64,000 nt of DNA from Clostridiales bacterium (GCA_024698505.1 JAILRE010000009.1:870-64869), one strand, 5' to 3'. Positions 53,201 through 61,983 are shown, counted from the stretch's first letter. A program made the numbers and translations. Notes: generated by a model not told the origin, from the letters alone.

Positions 53201-53978
53201 ACCCGTTTTCCCCGGCACCAACTGCGAATTCGAGACCGAGCGCCGCTTTAAGAAGGCGGGCTTCAACACCAAAGTGGTGGTTATCCGCACCGGCTCGGAG
53301 GCGGGCCTGCGCGATTCGATAACCGAGTTCAAAAACAGCATCGATTCCTCAGAGCTCCTGTTCATTCCCGGCGGCTTCTCCAACGGCGACGAGCCCGACG
53401 GAAGCGGCAAATTCATAGCCGCGTTCATGATGACTCCCGAATGCCGCGGCGCGATAGAGGCCATGCTCTCAAGGGGCGGCCTTGCGGGCGGCATCTGCAA
53501 CGGCTTCCAGGCGCTCCTCAGAACGGGGCTCCTGCCCTACGGGAAATTCACCGTTCCCACGCCCGAAATGCCCTCGCTCACGCATAACGTCATAGCAAGG
53601 CATATGTCCCGCATAGTCAGGGTCAGGGTGGAGACGAACGCCTCCCCGTGGCTCAGGAACGTAAGGCCGGGTGAGGTCTACTGCGTGCCCATCTCCCACG
53701 GCGAGGGCCGCTTCGTGGCTCCCGAGAGCGTGATGAAGGAGCTTGCCGCGAACGGGCAGATAATAACGAGGTATTCCGATCCCGCGGGCGTTCCCTCCAT
53801 GGATATGGCGGTCAACCCCAACGGCTCCTACGGCGCGGTGGAGGGCATCTGCTCTCCCGACGGGCGCATATTCGGCAAGATGGGCCACTCCGAGAGGATA
53901 GGCGACGGGCTGTATAAGAACGTGCCCGGCTGCTACGATATGCGCGTGTTCGAGTCGGCATTCGATTTCTTCAACTGA
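50277..53978 (+). CDS. purL: Phosphoribosylformylglycinamidine synthase, single-chain large form
   Basis: 1233 aa with ETHNHPTEIEPFGGAATCVGG and a C-terminal glutaminase domain GGICNGFQ. Confidence 0.95.
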   Translation: MVYRVYSERNREFSAEAESLKNDLVSLHGIKGLEKVRILRRYDVENVTEETFRSCINSVFSDPRTETSFFELPGGADIAFAAEYLPGQYDQCADAAAQSIRLIGLGSDGSAEPIVRTARVYLIYGSVSEADALKIKASLINPVDSREGELSKPESLKQTYFEPSSVEFINGFTKLDDEGLAKLIKDMGLAMDLADAVCCRDYFKKEGRDPSVTEIKVLDTYWSDHCRHTTFNTHIDEVEFADEAVKEAFGRYMELRKAVGDKKPVCLMDIATIGGKYLKRKGFLTRLDESKEINACTVKVEVDHNGKEEPWLLLFKNETHNHPTEIEPFGGAATCVGGAIRDPLSGRGYVYQSMRVTGAADPTAPVEKTIPGKLPQRKIVREAAAGFSSYGNQIGLATGLVHEIYHEGYAAKRMEVGAVIAAAPQANVRREEPEAGDAVILMGGKTGRDGCGGATGASKAHTVSSLELCGAEVQKGNAPEERKLQRLFRNPEASKLIKRCNDFGAGGVSVAIGELADGLTIDLDKVPKKYMGLDSTELAISESQERMAVVVGDKDAEKFIALCAAEGIAAVRVASVTDDERLTMFFKGQKAVDLSREFIDSNGAAKHTAIKVEKQNEYKEKLPEGSFGEKLKKVASDLNVCSQRGLAETFDSTVGANTVIMPFGGKYQLTPTQAMAAKFPVADGNTNTCSVMSYGFDPYVSEASPYYGSYLAVLSSYGRLAAAGADLSECWMSFQEYFERMRSETSWGKPLAALLGALDAQIDLRTAAIGGKDSMSGSFEDIHVPPTLISFAAAKGNVKNVISPEFKHADNRVIRLTALPDGKTGRIGVNYRELAKAVGKCIAEGTIVSAYVPGRMGAAEALVKMALGNGIGVELYTDDIFRMEAGSFIVECTGEADIPEGVANCEILGMTIGRPEFVFAGEAAAISEIDKAYDKTLEGIFPSSVPGGEMLTLECADRPYVKPFGVKTAHPTAVIPVFPGTNCEFETERRFKKAGFNTKVVVIRTGSEAGLRDSITEFKNSIDSSELLFIPGGFSNGDEPDGSGKFIAAFMMTPECRGAIEAMLSRGGLAGGICNGFQALLRTGLLPYGKFTVPTPEMPSLTHNVIARHMSRIVRVRVETNASPWLRNVRPGEVYCVPISHGEGRFVAPESVMKELAANGQIITRYSDPAGVPSMDMAVNPNGSYGAVEGICSPDGRIFGKMGHSERIGDGLYKNVPGCYDMRVFESAFDFFN

Positions 53979-54001
53979 TAAAAGCTTTTTTCGAGGTGGA
54001 T

Positions 54002-54880
54002 ATGGCAGTTCTCATAAACGGGACCGAATTGGCAAAAAAGGTCAAGGCCGAGGTGCGGCTCGGGGCGGAGGCGATGGTCGAAGCCCTGGGCGAAGAGGCA
54101 AGGCCCGATATGACGCTCATCGTTTTTGAGGGGGACCCCGTCTCAAGGAGCCTCGTCGCCATGAAGGCGCGCGACTGCGAGGCCGCGGGCATAGTCCCCA
54201 CGGTCGTCGAACTGCCGGACGAGACGACGGAGGAGGAGCTTTTCGCCCTCATCGAAAGGCTCAACGCGGATGAGAAAGTCACCGCGATACTCTGCCAGCT
54301 TCCCGTGCCGCCCCACGTAAGCACGAAAAAGCTCTTGAACCTCATTTCCCCCGAAAAGGACGTCGACGGCTTCTCCGCAAGGCTTGACGGCGATATTACG
54401 GACTTAGCCGCCTGCACCCCCGCGGGAGTGATCCGCATGCTGGACGAGTACGGCATAGAGGTCGCGGGGAAGCACTGCGTCGTCGTAGGGCGGAGCAATA
54501 TCGTCGGCAAGCCCATGGCGGCCCAGCTCCTCATGCGGGACGCGACCGTGACCGTCTGCCACAGCAAAACGCGCGATCTCGCCTCCTTTACGAGGCAGGC
54601 GGACGTGCTGATAGTCGCGGCCGGCCATGCGGGGCTCATAACGGCGGACATGGTGAAGGACGGCGCGGCCGTCATCGACGTGGGCATGAACTACGTCGAG
54701 GGCAGGCTCGCGGGCGACGTCGATTTCGAGGGCGTCTCCCAAAAGGCCGCGTTCATATCGCCCGTTCCCGGCGGCGTCGGCCCCATGACGAGAGCATACC
54801 TGCTCAAAAACGCCCTCAGGCTCTCCGCGGAAAAGCACGGGATGGGGGGGACGGCTGTTGGGTCTCGCCCGAATGAATAA
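54002..54880 (+). CDS. folD: Bifunctional 5,10-methylene-THF dehydrogenase / methenyl-THF cyclohydrolase
   Basis: MAVLINGTELAKKVK, VVVGRSNIVGKPMA and PVPGGVGPMT. A GTG at 53996 is an alternative start. Confidence 0.9.
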   Translation: MAVLINGTELAKKVKAEVRLGAEAMVEALGEEARPDMTLIVFEGDPVSRSLVAMKARDCEAAGIVPTVVELPDETTEEELFALIERLNADEKVTAILCQLPVPPHVSTKKLLNLISPEKDVDGFSARLDGDITDLAACTPAGVIRMLDEYGIEVAGKHCVVVGRSNIVGKPMAAQLLMRDATVTVCHSKTRDLASFTRQADVLIVAAGHAGLITADMVKDGAAVIDVGMNYVEGRLAGDVDFEGVSQKAAFISPVPGGVGPMTRAYLLKNALRLSAEKHGMGGTAVGSRPNE

Positions 54881-54894
54881 CGAAATACATCAAG

Positions 54895-54920
54895 AAAGCT
54901 TCCGAGGGAGGCTTTTTTTA
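54895..54920 (+). terminator. Terminator after folD
   Basis: AGCTTCC-GAG-GGAGGCT stem (one G-U pair) followed by a T7 run. Confidence 0.5.
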
Positions 54921-54925
54921 TAGAC

Positions 54926-54954
54926 TTGACATAGGAACGGAGGTGTTATATAAT
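54926..54954 (+). promoter_or_regulatory. Promoter (TTGACA-17-TATAAT) of the low-GC gene
   Basis: Both hexamers are exact consensus, with a 76-nt AT-rich leader to the ATG at 55031. Confidence 0.65.
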
Positions 54955-55030
54955 AATGAAAAACGGAGAATGAGCGTATATAAATTACATATTTCGTTTT
55001 TTGAACGGGATTACATAAAAGGAGGAGCAA

Positions 55031-55963
55031 ATGATTTACGGATACGATACAAGTGAGAAGATAAAAAGCGATGCAAAGCTGAATGTGTTGAAATATTCCG
55101 GTCCTTATGGGAAGGGTGCTTTTATCGGCAGATATTTGACGAATGCACCGTCAGGAGAAGACAAATGCTTGGAATATGATGAAGTTAAATTTTTGTCCGA
55201 CAACGATATTAATATTGTATCCATATTTGAAACGTACGGAGGGCCGTTGTCGTATTTTACTATGGCAAGAGGGATATCCGACGCGAGAGCTTCGGTTGCT
55301 GCTGCAACTGATTTAGGTCAGCCAAGTGGGAAACCTATTTATTTTGCGGTCGACATTCCTATATATGTGGATAATCAGAACCAAGTCCAAGCAATTTGGG
55401 AATATTTTGTTGGTGTTTCCCAAATACTGTCTGATTCGAATGAGAACCCACACGGGTACACACTTGGTGTGTATGGATGTGAAGGCACATGCTTAACGGT
55501 TAGAGCAGTATATCCTAATGCGTATACAATGCAGTGTAATCCCAAAACCAATGGCTCATTTAGTGATTGGAACTTAGATCAATCACAATACAATAATGGA
55601 AATCCGATATGGTATAATGGTGTTGCAGTGACAATTGATGTTGTCACTGCGCAAAATGGTAATTATGGCGGATGGAAGCATACGCATACATATCCTTCTA
55701 ATTGGACGCCAAGCTCTGACGGCATACATCACCACAAGCATTGTACAAATTGTGGCTTTGTTCTGAAAAAAAAGCATTCTTTTCCCAGCGCATGGAGCAA
55801 CTACGGGAATGCAAAAAAGCACAGGAAGGCGTGTACAGCCTGTGGAGCATACAAATATGAGCCCCATTCTCCAAATGCCGTAGGAACAAAATGCACGAAG
55901 TGCGGATATGAAGGCAATATCATCCTGCCTTCGGCAACAGACGGGGAGGACAGCAATGAATGA
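55031..55963 (+). CDS. DUF1906 (Rv2525c-like glycoside-hydrolase-like) protein with three C-terminal CxxC zinc-ribbon-like units; no signal peptide
   Basis: 310 aa. RBS AAAGGAGGAG. YGYDTS, FIGRYL, IVSIFE, IYFAVD and GVYG motifs. HKHCTNCG, RKACTACG and TKCTKCG. About 40% GC. Confidence 0.65.
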   Translation: MIYGYDTSEKIKSDAKLNVLKYSGPYGKGAFIGRYLTNAPSGEDKCLEYDEVKFLSDNDINIVSIFETYGGPLSYFTMARGISDARASVAAATDLGQPSGKPIYFAVDIPIYVDNQNQVQAIWEYFVGVSQILSDSNENPHGYTLGVYGCEGTCLTVRAVYPNAYTMQCNPKTNGSFSDWNLDQSQYNNGNPIWYNGVAVTIDVVTAQNGNYGGWKHTHTYPSNWTPSSDGIHHHKHCTNCGFVLKKKHSFPSAWSNYGNAKKHRKACTACGAYKYEPHSPNAVGTKCTKCGYEGNIILPSATDGEDSNE

Positions 55964-56993
55964 TTTGCGAAACCGGACCCATGTAAAGCGCGCATTGGCG
56001 CTTCTGCTCGCTGCGGCGGCATGCTTTTGCATGGCTGCCTGTAATAAGGCAGGGAAGGAGGCAGGGAAGGAGGCAGCGAAGCCCACGGAAGTTCCGCAGC
56101 CGACGGAAACCGTATCGGAGCAGCCGACCGAAGCTTCTGCGCCGCAGCCTGTTCCGCCGAGGACCGAGATACCGGCGCCCACGGAGCCCGCATACCCATG
56201 GGCCGGGGGCTTCCCCGCGCCCGATCCCGACGTGATCTCGCAGGCGGACGTAACTTTGAACGATTATCTGAAATGGAGCGAGTTTTCAAAGGAGCTGCTT
56301 GAAGGAAAGGAGCCCGTGGGCTTCGAGTTCCAAAGCGAGCTGCAGAATGCGTTCTTCGGCTTCTCACAAGGAAAAACATACGCTTATTCCGCGGCGAAGT
56401 TCTTCCCGGAGACAGGAGCTGCTGCCTATATGTACCCCATGGCGGTATTCCCGGGCGAATTGGGCAGGGAGGCGCAGAAGCTCCTTACACAATACGCGGA
56501 AGACTATCTCTCCGTCCAATGGCAAGAGGGTTCAGGCCCGAACGATCGCCTCCTTGCGGGCTTCTTCGGGGATGATTACGTCGTTTTCACGCTTGCTCTC
56601 AGCGGCACAAGAGCGGTGCATTGCATTTTTTTCACGGATGACGGCTGGAAAACGTGGCGCGAGTTGGGCCATAACAACGCCGAGACGCCCTGCATGCTTA
56701 CGGGCGCGTGCATGACCTCCGAGACCGATGGGTGGCTCTGCTTCTGTCTGAGGGATGAAAAGATAAGGGTGTTCAAAACCGAGGACGGAGGGGAGACCTG
56801 GCAGGATACGGGCCTCGATTTTCCGGATGAAGGCTATGCCGGCGTGACTTATACCCAAGTCGCTTCCCCTGTGTTTGAGGGAGCTCGGGGCGTGATACCG
56901 GTGCTGTTCGATTCAAAAGAAAGATCTCACAGGCTCGGCCGGTTTGAAACTGAGGACGGCGGCCGCACGTGGACGTTCCGCGAATGCGGATAG
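55956..56993 (+). CDS. Lipoprotein with Asp-box-like DGGxTW motifs; paralog of 34685..35641
   Basis: The ATG overlaps the upstream stop by 8 nt and follows SD GGGGAGGA. Lipobox CMAAC. FKTEDGGETW and FETEDGGRTWTF. Confidence 0.75.
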   Translation: MNDLRNRTHVKRALALLLAAAACFCMAACNKAGKEAGKEAAKPTEVPQPTETVSEQPTEASAPQPVPPRTEIPAPTEPAYPWAGGFPAPDPDVISQADVTLNDYLKWSEFSKELLEGKEPVGFEFQSELQNAFFGFSQGKTYAYSAAKFFPETGAAAYMYPMAVFPGELGREAQKLLTQYAEDYLSVQWQEGSGPNDRLLAGFFGDDYVVFTLALSGTRAVHCIFFTDDGWKTWRELGHNNAETPCMLTGACMTSETDGWLCFCLRDEKIRVFKTEDGGETWQDTGLDFPDEGYAGVTYTQVASPVFEGARGVIPVLFDSKERSHRLGRFETEDGGRTWTFRECG

Positions 56994-57001
56994 GATGCAT
57001 A

Positions 57002-57037
57002 TAAAAAACATCCCGGTATTTTTTCGGGGTGTTTTTT
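57002..57037. terminator. Bidirectional terminator between convergent genes
   Basis: AACATCCCG / CGGGGTGTT stem flanked by an A-run and a T-run. Confidence 0.6.
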
Positions 57038-57054
57038 GTTTGCCGAAAGCGGGC

Positions 57055-58476
57055 TTACGCCGATGCTTCCGCCGCTTCCGCCCGCAGCTCGGCCTCCTGC
57101 CGCTTCTGGTAGCGGCTCCTTATCGTCTCGGAGAACACGAAATGCGTTATGGCGGTAAGGCTCCACGAAATGGGGTAGGAGAGGTAGACTATCCAGAGCT
57201 CGTCCACGAGCTTTACGACGGTCATTATCCAGATGACTCTGAACACGCAGGAGCCTATCAGCGATATCGCGGTGGAGGTGGTGCTCCTGCCGAGCCCGCG
57301 CAGTACGCCCGAGCCGACCTCCATGAAGGCGAGCGTGAAGTAGGGCGTCAGCATTATCTTCATTCGCAGCATGGCGGTCTCCTCAGAAAGACTGCCGAGC
57401 GAGTAGAGGCTGAGCAGGGGCTTGTGGAATATGAGGAGGATACCCGCTACGGCTATCGCGATCATGCCCGTCACGAAATAGCAGGAGCGCATTACCTCGC
57501 GTATCCTTTTGTACTTAGCCGCGCCGTAATTCTGGCTCGTGAACGAGACGGAGGCCTGGTATACGGAGTTCGTGGCGACGTAAGCGAAGCCCTCGAGATT
57601 GCCCGCTGCGGCGTTGCCGTCGATAACGTCCGAGCCGCCGGGGCAGACGCGGTTGTTGATGCCTATAACCGTCGACTGTATGAGCATATTCGAGAGCGAG
57701 AACAGCGCGCCCTGCACCCCCGCGGGCAGGCCGTCCCGAATTATCTCGCGGACGGCTTCGCGGTCGAGCCGGAGCTTTTTGAGGTCGAGACGGCAGACGC
57801 CCTTGTCGCGCATCAGCGTGAGCCCGAGAAGCAGTGTCGAGGCGACGTTCGCAAGCACCGTCGCAAGCGCAACGCCGTCCACGCTCATGCCGCAGACGAG
57901 CACGAAGAACAGGTTCATCAGCACGTTCAGAAGGCCCGTCCCCGCGAGTATCACGAGGGGAGTGGCCGTATCGCCCTTGGCCCTGAATATCGCGATGAGG
58001 TAATTCGAGAGCGCTATGAAGGGCACTCCCGCGAAATAGATCCTCGTGTAGAGGGTGGCAAGATCGAGTATGTGGCCCTGATCGCCGAGCAGCCTCAGCA
58101 CCGGGCGGCAGACCGCCTGCCCGAGTATCCCGCAGAATACGCCCGTTATCAGCCCGACTATCAGCGAGGAATGCACCGCCGCGCCCGTCGCCTCGGGATC
58201 GTTCTTGCCGATGTTCCGCGCGACGACGACGTTCGTACCCACGGAGAACCCCATGAAGACGTTCAGTATCAGGTTTATCATGGCCGTCGTCGTGCCGATG
58301 GAGCCTATCGCGCCTTTGACGTTCGACATTCCCGCAACGATCATGTCCGCGGCGTTGTACAGCACCTGGAGCATGTTCGTTATCACCAGCGGGAGCGCGA
58401 AAAGGAACACCTTGCCGAGCAAGGGCCCGTTAAGCATATCGATCTCTTTGGATCTTTCAAGGAAGCGTATCTTCAT
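57055..58476 (-). CDS. MATE-family efflux transporter
   Basis: 473 aa; LNGPLLGKVFLFALPLVITNMLQVLYNAADMIVAG is a typical MATE N-terminus. An alternative start lies at 58437. Confidence 0.85.
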   Translation of the reverse strand: MKIRFLERSKEIDMLNGPLLGKVFLFALPLVITNMLQVLYNAADMIVAGMSNVKGAIGSIGTTTAMINLILNVFMGFSVGTNVVVARNIGKNDPEATGAAVHSSLIVGLITGVFCGILGQAVCRPVLRLLGDQGHILDLATLYTRIYFAGVPFIALSNYLIAIFRAKGDTATPLVILAGTGLLNVLMNLFFVLVCGMSVDGVALATVLANVASTLLLGLTLMRDKGVCRLDLKKLRLDREAVREIIRDGLPAGVQGALFSLSNMLIQSTVIGINNRVCPGGSDVIDGNAAAGNLEGFAYVATNSVYQASVSFTSQNYGAAKYKRIREVMRSCYFVTGMIAIAVAGILLIFHKPLLSLYSLGSLSEETAMLRMKIMLTPYFTLAFMEVGSGVLRGLGRSTTSTAISLIGSCVFRVIWIMTVVKLVDELWIVYLSYPISWSLTAITHFVFSETIRSRYQKRQEAELRAEAAEASA

Positions 58477-58566
58477 TCTTCAAGGCTGTCTCCGCGATTT
58501 ATGACTTTATTCTAAACATGACGGCGATGATTGTCAATAAGCGCGGGAAAATTATAGGCAAAACGC

Positions 58567-58597
58567 AAAAAAAACGCGCCCTTGGGCGCGTTTTTTA
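58567..58597. terminator. Bidirectional terminator
   Basis: AAAAAAAACGCGCC-CTTG-GGCGCGTTTTTT. Confidence 0.75.
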
Positions 58598-58605
58598 TTA
58601 TGCGT

Positions 58606-59001
58606 TTATTCCCCGAAGAGCTTTGCGTTGCACTTGGGGCAGATGGGATCCGCCTCCTCCTGCAGGGCGTCTTCATCGAGGGGGACCACCTCGCCGCAGT
58701 TGGGGCAGGTGAAATAATCGAAATCGTCCTCCCAATCGAAATCCTCGCCGTCCTCGTCTTCGTCCTCGTCCTCGTCCTCTTCCTCGAGGAGGAAGCCGAT
58801 GACCTCGTCCAGCTCGTCGATATCGGAATCTATCTCGTCCAGCTCGGCCTCGATATTGTCGACCCTGGCGGACTCGGTCTCCATCTCGTCGGCAATGGCC
58901 TCGAGACAGTCTGCGATGGCGCGGAGCAGCTTGGTGTTGTCGTCATCGGGCAGCTTCATGCCGTCCATGAGGCCGCGAAGGTAAGCAGTCTTCTCTTTCA
59001 T
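58606..59001 (-). CDS. Acidic zinc-ribbon protein (CD1247 N-terminal-domain-like), coupled to efp
   Basis: 131 aa with an Asp/Glu run EEEDEDEDEDEDGEDFDWEDDFDY and CPNCG..CPKC. The ATG shares one nucleotide with the efp stop (TGATG). Confidence 0.7.
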   Translation of the reverse strand: MKEKTAYLRGLMDGMKLPDDDNTKLLRAIADCLEAIADEMETESARVDNIEAELDEIDSDIDELDEVIGFLLEEEDEDEDEDEDGEDFDWEDDFDYFTCPNCGEVVPLDEDALQEEADPICPKCNAKLFGE

Positions 59002-59558
59002 CAGCAGCGCTCCATGTACTCGCCCGTGCGGGTGTCGATCCTGATGCGGTCGCCCTCGTTTACGAAGAGGGGAACGCTTACGACGTAACCGGTCTCAACG
59101 GTGGCCTGCTTGGTGACGTTGGTCGCGGTATCGCCGCGGACGCCGGGCTCGCACTCGGTGATGGTCAGCTCTACGAAGTTGGGAGCCGCAACGGAGAACG
59201 CCTTGCCCTTGTAGAAGCGGATGGTGACGTTCATGTTCTCAACGATGAAGTTGATGGCGTCTTCGACCTGCTCGTGATTGAGCTCGAGCTGCTCGTAGTT
59301 CTCTATATCCATGAAGGTGTAGAGATCGCCGTCGTTGTAAAGGTACTGCATCTCACGAGTCTCGATGTGAGCGGTGGGATACTTGTCGGTGGGGGAGAAG
59401 GTCTTCTCCAGAACGGCGCCGGTCATGACGTTTTTAAGACGCGTGCGTACGAAAGCCGCGCCCTTGCCGGGCTTAACGTGCTGGAAGTCCGCGATGGACC
59501 AGACCTGACCGTCTATCTCAACGGTGACGCCTTTGCGAAAATCGCCTGCTAAAATCAT
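59001..59558 (-). CDS. efp: Elongation factor P
   Basis: 185 aa with [19 protein letters not shown]. Confidence 0.95.
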   Translation of the reverse strand: MILAGDFRKGVTVEIDGQVWSIADFQHVKPGKGAAFVRTRLKNVMTGAVLEKTFSPTDKYPTAHIETREMQYLYNDGDLYTFMDIENYEQLELNHEQVEDAINFIVENMNVTIRFYKGKAFSVAAPNFVELTITECEPGVRGDTATNVTKQATVETGYVVSVPLFVNEGDRIRIDTRTGEYMERC

Positions 59559-59622
59559 AGGTTACCTCCAAATAAGAAATTGTTTGTTGCTTTATACCGA
59601 AGCGGACGAATACCGCATAAGG

Positions 59623-60693
59623 TCAGATGACGATGAGCTTCTTCGTGGTGGAAGCAAGATCGATATACCCGTCCTCCGTAAGGACGCAGTCGTCCTCGAT
59701 CCTGACTCCGCCGAGATCCTCAACGTAGATGCCGGGCTCGACGGTTATAGTGGAGCCGGGAACGAGCGTATCGTCGGAACGCTGGCTTGCGTAGGGGGAT
59801 TCGTGGATGTCAAGGCCGAAGCCGTGGCCCAGGGAGTGACCGAAGCACTCGCCGTAGCCCTCCGCGGCGATGACGTCGCGCGCGATGGTATCGAGCTCCT
59901 TGGCGCTCATATTGGGACGGAGCTTGTCGAGCGCGGAGAGCTGAGCCCTGAGGACTATGTTGTAGATCTTCCTGAGCTCGTCGGAGGGCTCGCCTATCGC
60001 GATGGTCCTCGTCATATCGGAGCAGTAGCCGTTGTACCTTGCGCCGAAATCTATGACGACCAGATCGCCCTTCTGCAGCCTGCGGGGGCCGGGGGTGGCG
60101 TGGCAGAGCGCGCCGTTGGGGCCGGAGCCGACGATCGTATCGAAGGAGTTCTCGTCCGCGCCGTGGAGCCTCAGAAGATGATCCAGCTCGTTTGCGACTT
60201 CCTTCTCGGTCATGCCCTCATGGATGACGGTGATGAGCTCCGCAAAGGCGGCGTCCGCTATGGACTGGGCCTTTTTGAGCATCTCGATCTCGTACTCGTC
60301 CTTGACGAGCCTTATCCCGTCGATAACGGGAGTCATGGGGACGAGCTCGACGGGGAGCTCCCTGTAGCTGTTGAACGCGCGAACGGTGAGATAGCCGTCC
60401 TCGAAAGCGCATTTCTTAACGCCCATTTCGGTGAGGACGGAGGCGATCTCGGAAGCTGCGATCGCGCGGGAGACCTCTATGACCTCGAAATCGGGAGCGC
60501 TCAGCTGATTCGCCTGAATGGTGTAGCGGAAATCGGTGAGGAGGACGCGCCTCTTATCGGTGATTATGAGCACCGATTCGTCGCTCGTGAAGTTTGAGAA
60601 ATAGCGGATGTTCGTGCGGGAGGTGATGATCGCCCCGTCAACGCCATGCTCGGAAAGAGCGGCCATCAGCTTTTCACATCTTTCTTTTAACAT
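59623..60693 (-). CDS. M24-family Xaa-Pro aminopeptidase
   Basis: RBS GGAAGGGAG then ATG at 60693. Motifs DFGARYNGYCSDMTRT, HSLGHGFGLDIHE and GIYVEDLGGVRIED. Classic pairing with efp. Confidence 0.85.
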   Translation of the reverse strand: MLKERCEKLMAALSEHGVDGAIITSRTNIRYFSNFTSDESVLIITDKRRVLLTDFRYTIQANQLSAPDFEVIEVSRAIAASEIASVLTEMGVKKCAFEDGYLTVRAFNSYRELPVELVPMTPVIDGIRLVKDEYEIEMLKKAQSIADAAFAELITVIHEGMTEKEVANELDHLLRLHGADENSFDTIVGSGPNGALCHATPGPRRLQKGDLVVIDFGARYNGYCSDMTRTIAIGEPSDELRKIYNIVLRAQLSALDKLRPNMSAKELDTIARDVIAAEGYGECFGHSLGHGFGLDIHESPYASQRSDDTLVPGSTITVEPGIYVEDLGGVRIEDDCVLTEDGYIDLASTTKKLIVI

Positions 60694-60946
60694 AAAACTC
60701 CCTTCCGCCGCCCTTCGGCGGCTGTTGCCGGGCCCCTTTTGCGCCGCAACAAATACGCCGTACGGGGAAGCCCTCTCATACAACATATTATTATAGCATA
60801 GAAATACCCTGCCGTACAAGTGTTATTTTCCGATTTCGCGCATTTCGGCGAATAAAAAAGGCGAAAGCCGGCGCGCCGAAGGTCTATTCCGGCGCCGCGG
60901 CGCATATAATTATTTCCGAAGACGAGGGGAACGGAGGCAGTTTAAG

Positions 60947-61945
60947 GTGGACGGGCCTTCCGGAAGGAGAAACGAAAAAGCGAACAGGGAGCTTCGGGAG
61001 GCGGTTTCCCGCGCGGGAGCGCTGCTTGCCGCCGTTTTCGTGATGCTGCTTCTGATGCTCGCGGCGTCCCTCGGGGATGGCACGCGGGAGGCGATAGTCG
61101 ATATCGTCTCGGCGGGGGCTTTGGGAAAGCCCGAAGAAACGCCCCGCCCGGCGGAGGATCAAACGGTGTTCATAAGGCTCGCGGACGTAGAAAAGGACGT
61201 CGGAGCGGACGTCATAATAAGGCTGCTGAAGGCTTCCGAAACGAGCGTCGGCATGACGCTCTCGGGGGACGAGCCGCGGATCCTCATCTACCACACGCAC
61301 GACACCGAGGCTTACAGGCCGACGGACGATGACCCGTACGAGGCGAGCGAGTATTTCAGAACGGAGGACGACGAGAAGAACGTCATAGCCGTGGGGGAGG
61401 AGCTTGCGAGGATACTCCGCGAGGAGTACGGCATACCCGTCATCCACGCGAAGGAGAAGCACGAGAACCCGAATATCAACGCGGCGTACTCGCGCTCGCT
61501 CGAGACGATGCGCTATTACAAGGAGCTGTACCCGACGCTGGAAATGTTCATAGACCTGCACAGGGACGGCGTCTCCGAGACGGGCTTCGAGAAGGATTAC
61601 GTCACCGTCGGAGGGCTTCAATGCGCGAGGATGATGTTCGTCGTGGGGACGGGGAAGAGCGGCAAAAGCTCGCAGTACGCGCCGGAGGAGAGCGATACCG
61701 AGCACGATATGCCCGACTTCGAGTCGAATTACGCGCTTGCCCTGAGGCTCACGGAGACGCTCCTTTCCTACGATCCGCGCTTTATGCGGAACGTCCGCGT
61801 AAAGGCGGGCAAATACAATCAGCAGGTGTCCGACAAATGCCTCCTTATCGAGGTCGGGCACAACGCGAACACCCTCGAACAGGCCAAGAACTCCATGATC
61901 TACCTCGCGAAGGCGATCGCTGCGCTGGAAAACGGTAATGAATAA
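60947..61945 (+). CDS. spoIIP: Stage II sporulation protein P
   Basis: 332 aa with an N-terminal TM segment, ILIYHTHDTEAY and MFIDLHRDG. Confidence 0.8.
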   Translation: MDGPSGRRNEKANRELREAVSRAGALLAAVFVMLLLMLAASLGDGTREAIVDIVSAGALGKPEETPRPAEDQTVFIRLADVEKDVGADVIIRLLKASETSVGMTLSGDEPRILIYHTHDTEAYRPTDDDPYEASEYFRTEDDEKNVIAVGEELARILREEYGIPVIHAKEKHENPNINAAYSRSLETMRYYKELYPTLEMFIDLHRDGVSETGFEKDYVTVGGLQCARMMFVVGTGKSGKSSQYAPEESDTEHDMPDFESNYALALRLTETLLSYDPRFMRNVRVKAGKYNQQVSDKCLLIEVGHNANTLEQAKNSMIYLAKAIAALENGNE

Positions 61946-61971
61946 AGCCCCGGATTTTCCGGGGCTTTTTC
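61946..61971. terminator. Bidirectional terminator
   Basis: AGCCCCGGA-TTT-TCCGGGGCT followed by TTTTT. Confidence 0.8.
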
Positions 61972-61983
61972 GTCAGACGTTCA

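Noticed and set aside
54955-55030. Five-codon mini-ORF (ATGAAAAACGGAGAATGA) in the leader of the low-GC gene as a regulatory leader peptide
   Set aside because: It has no SD, and no downstream alternative hairpins are evident. It is most likely a chance ORF in AT-rich sequence.
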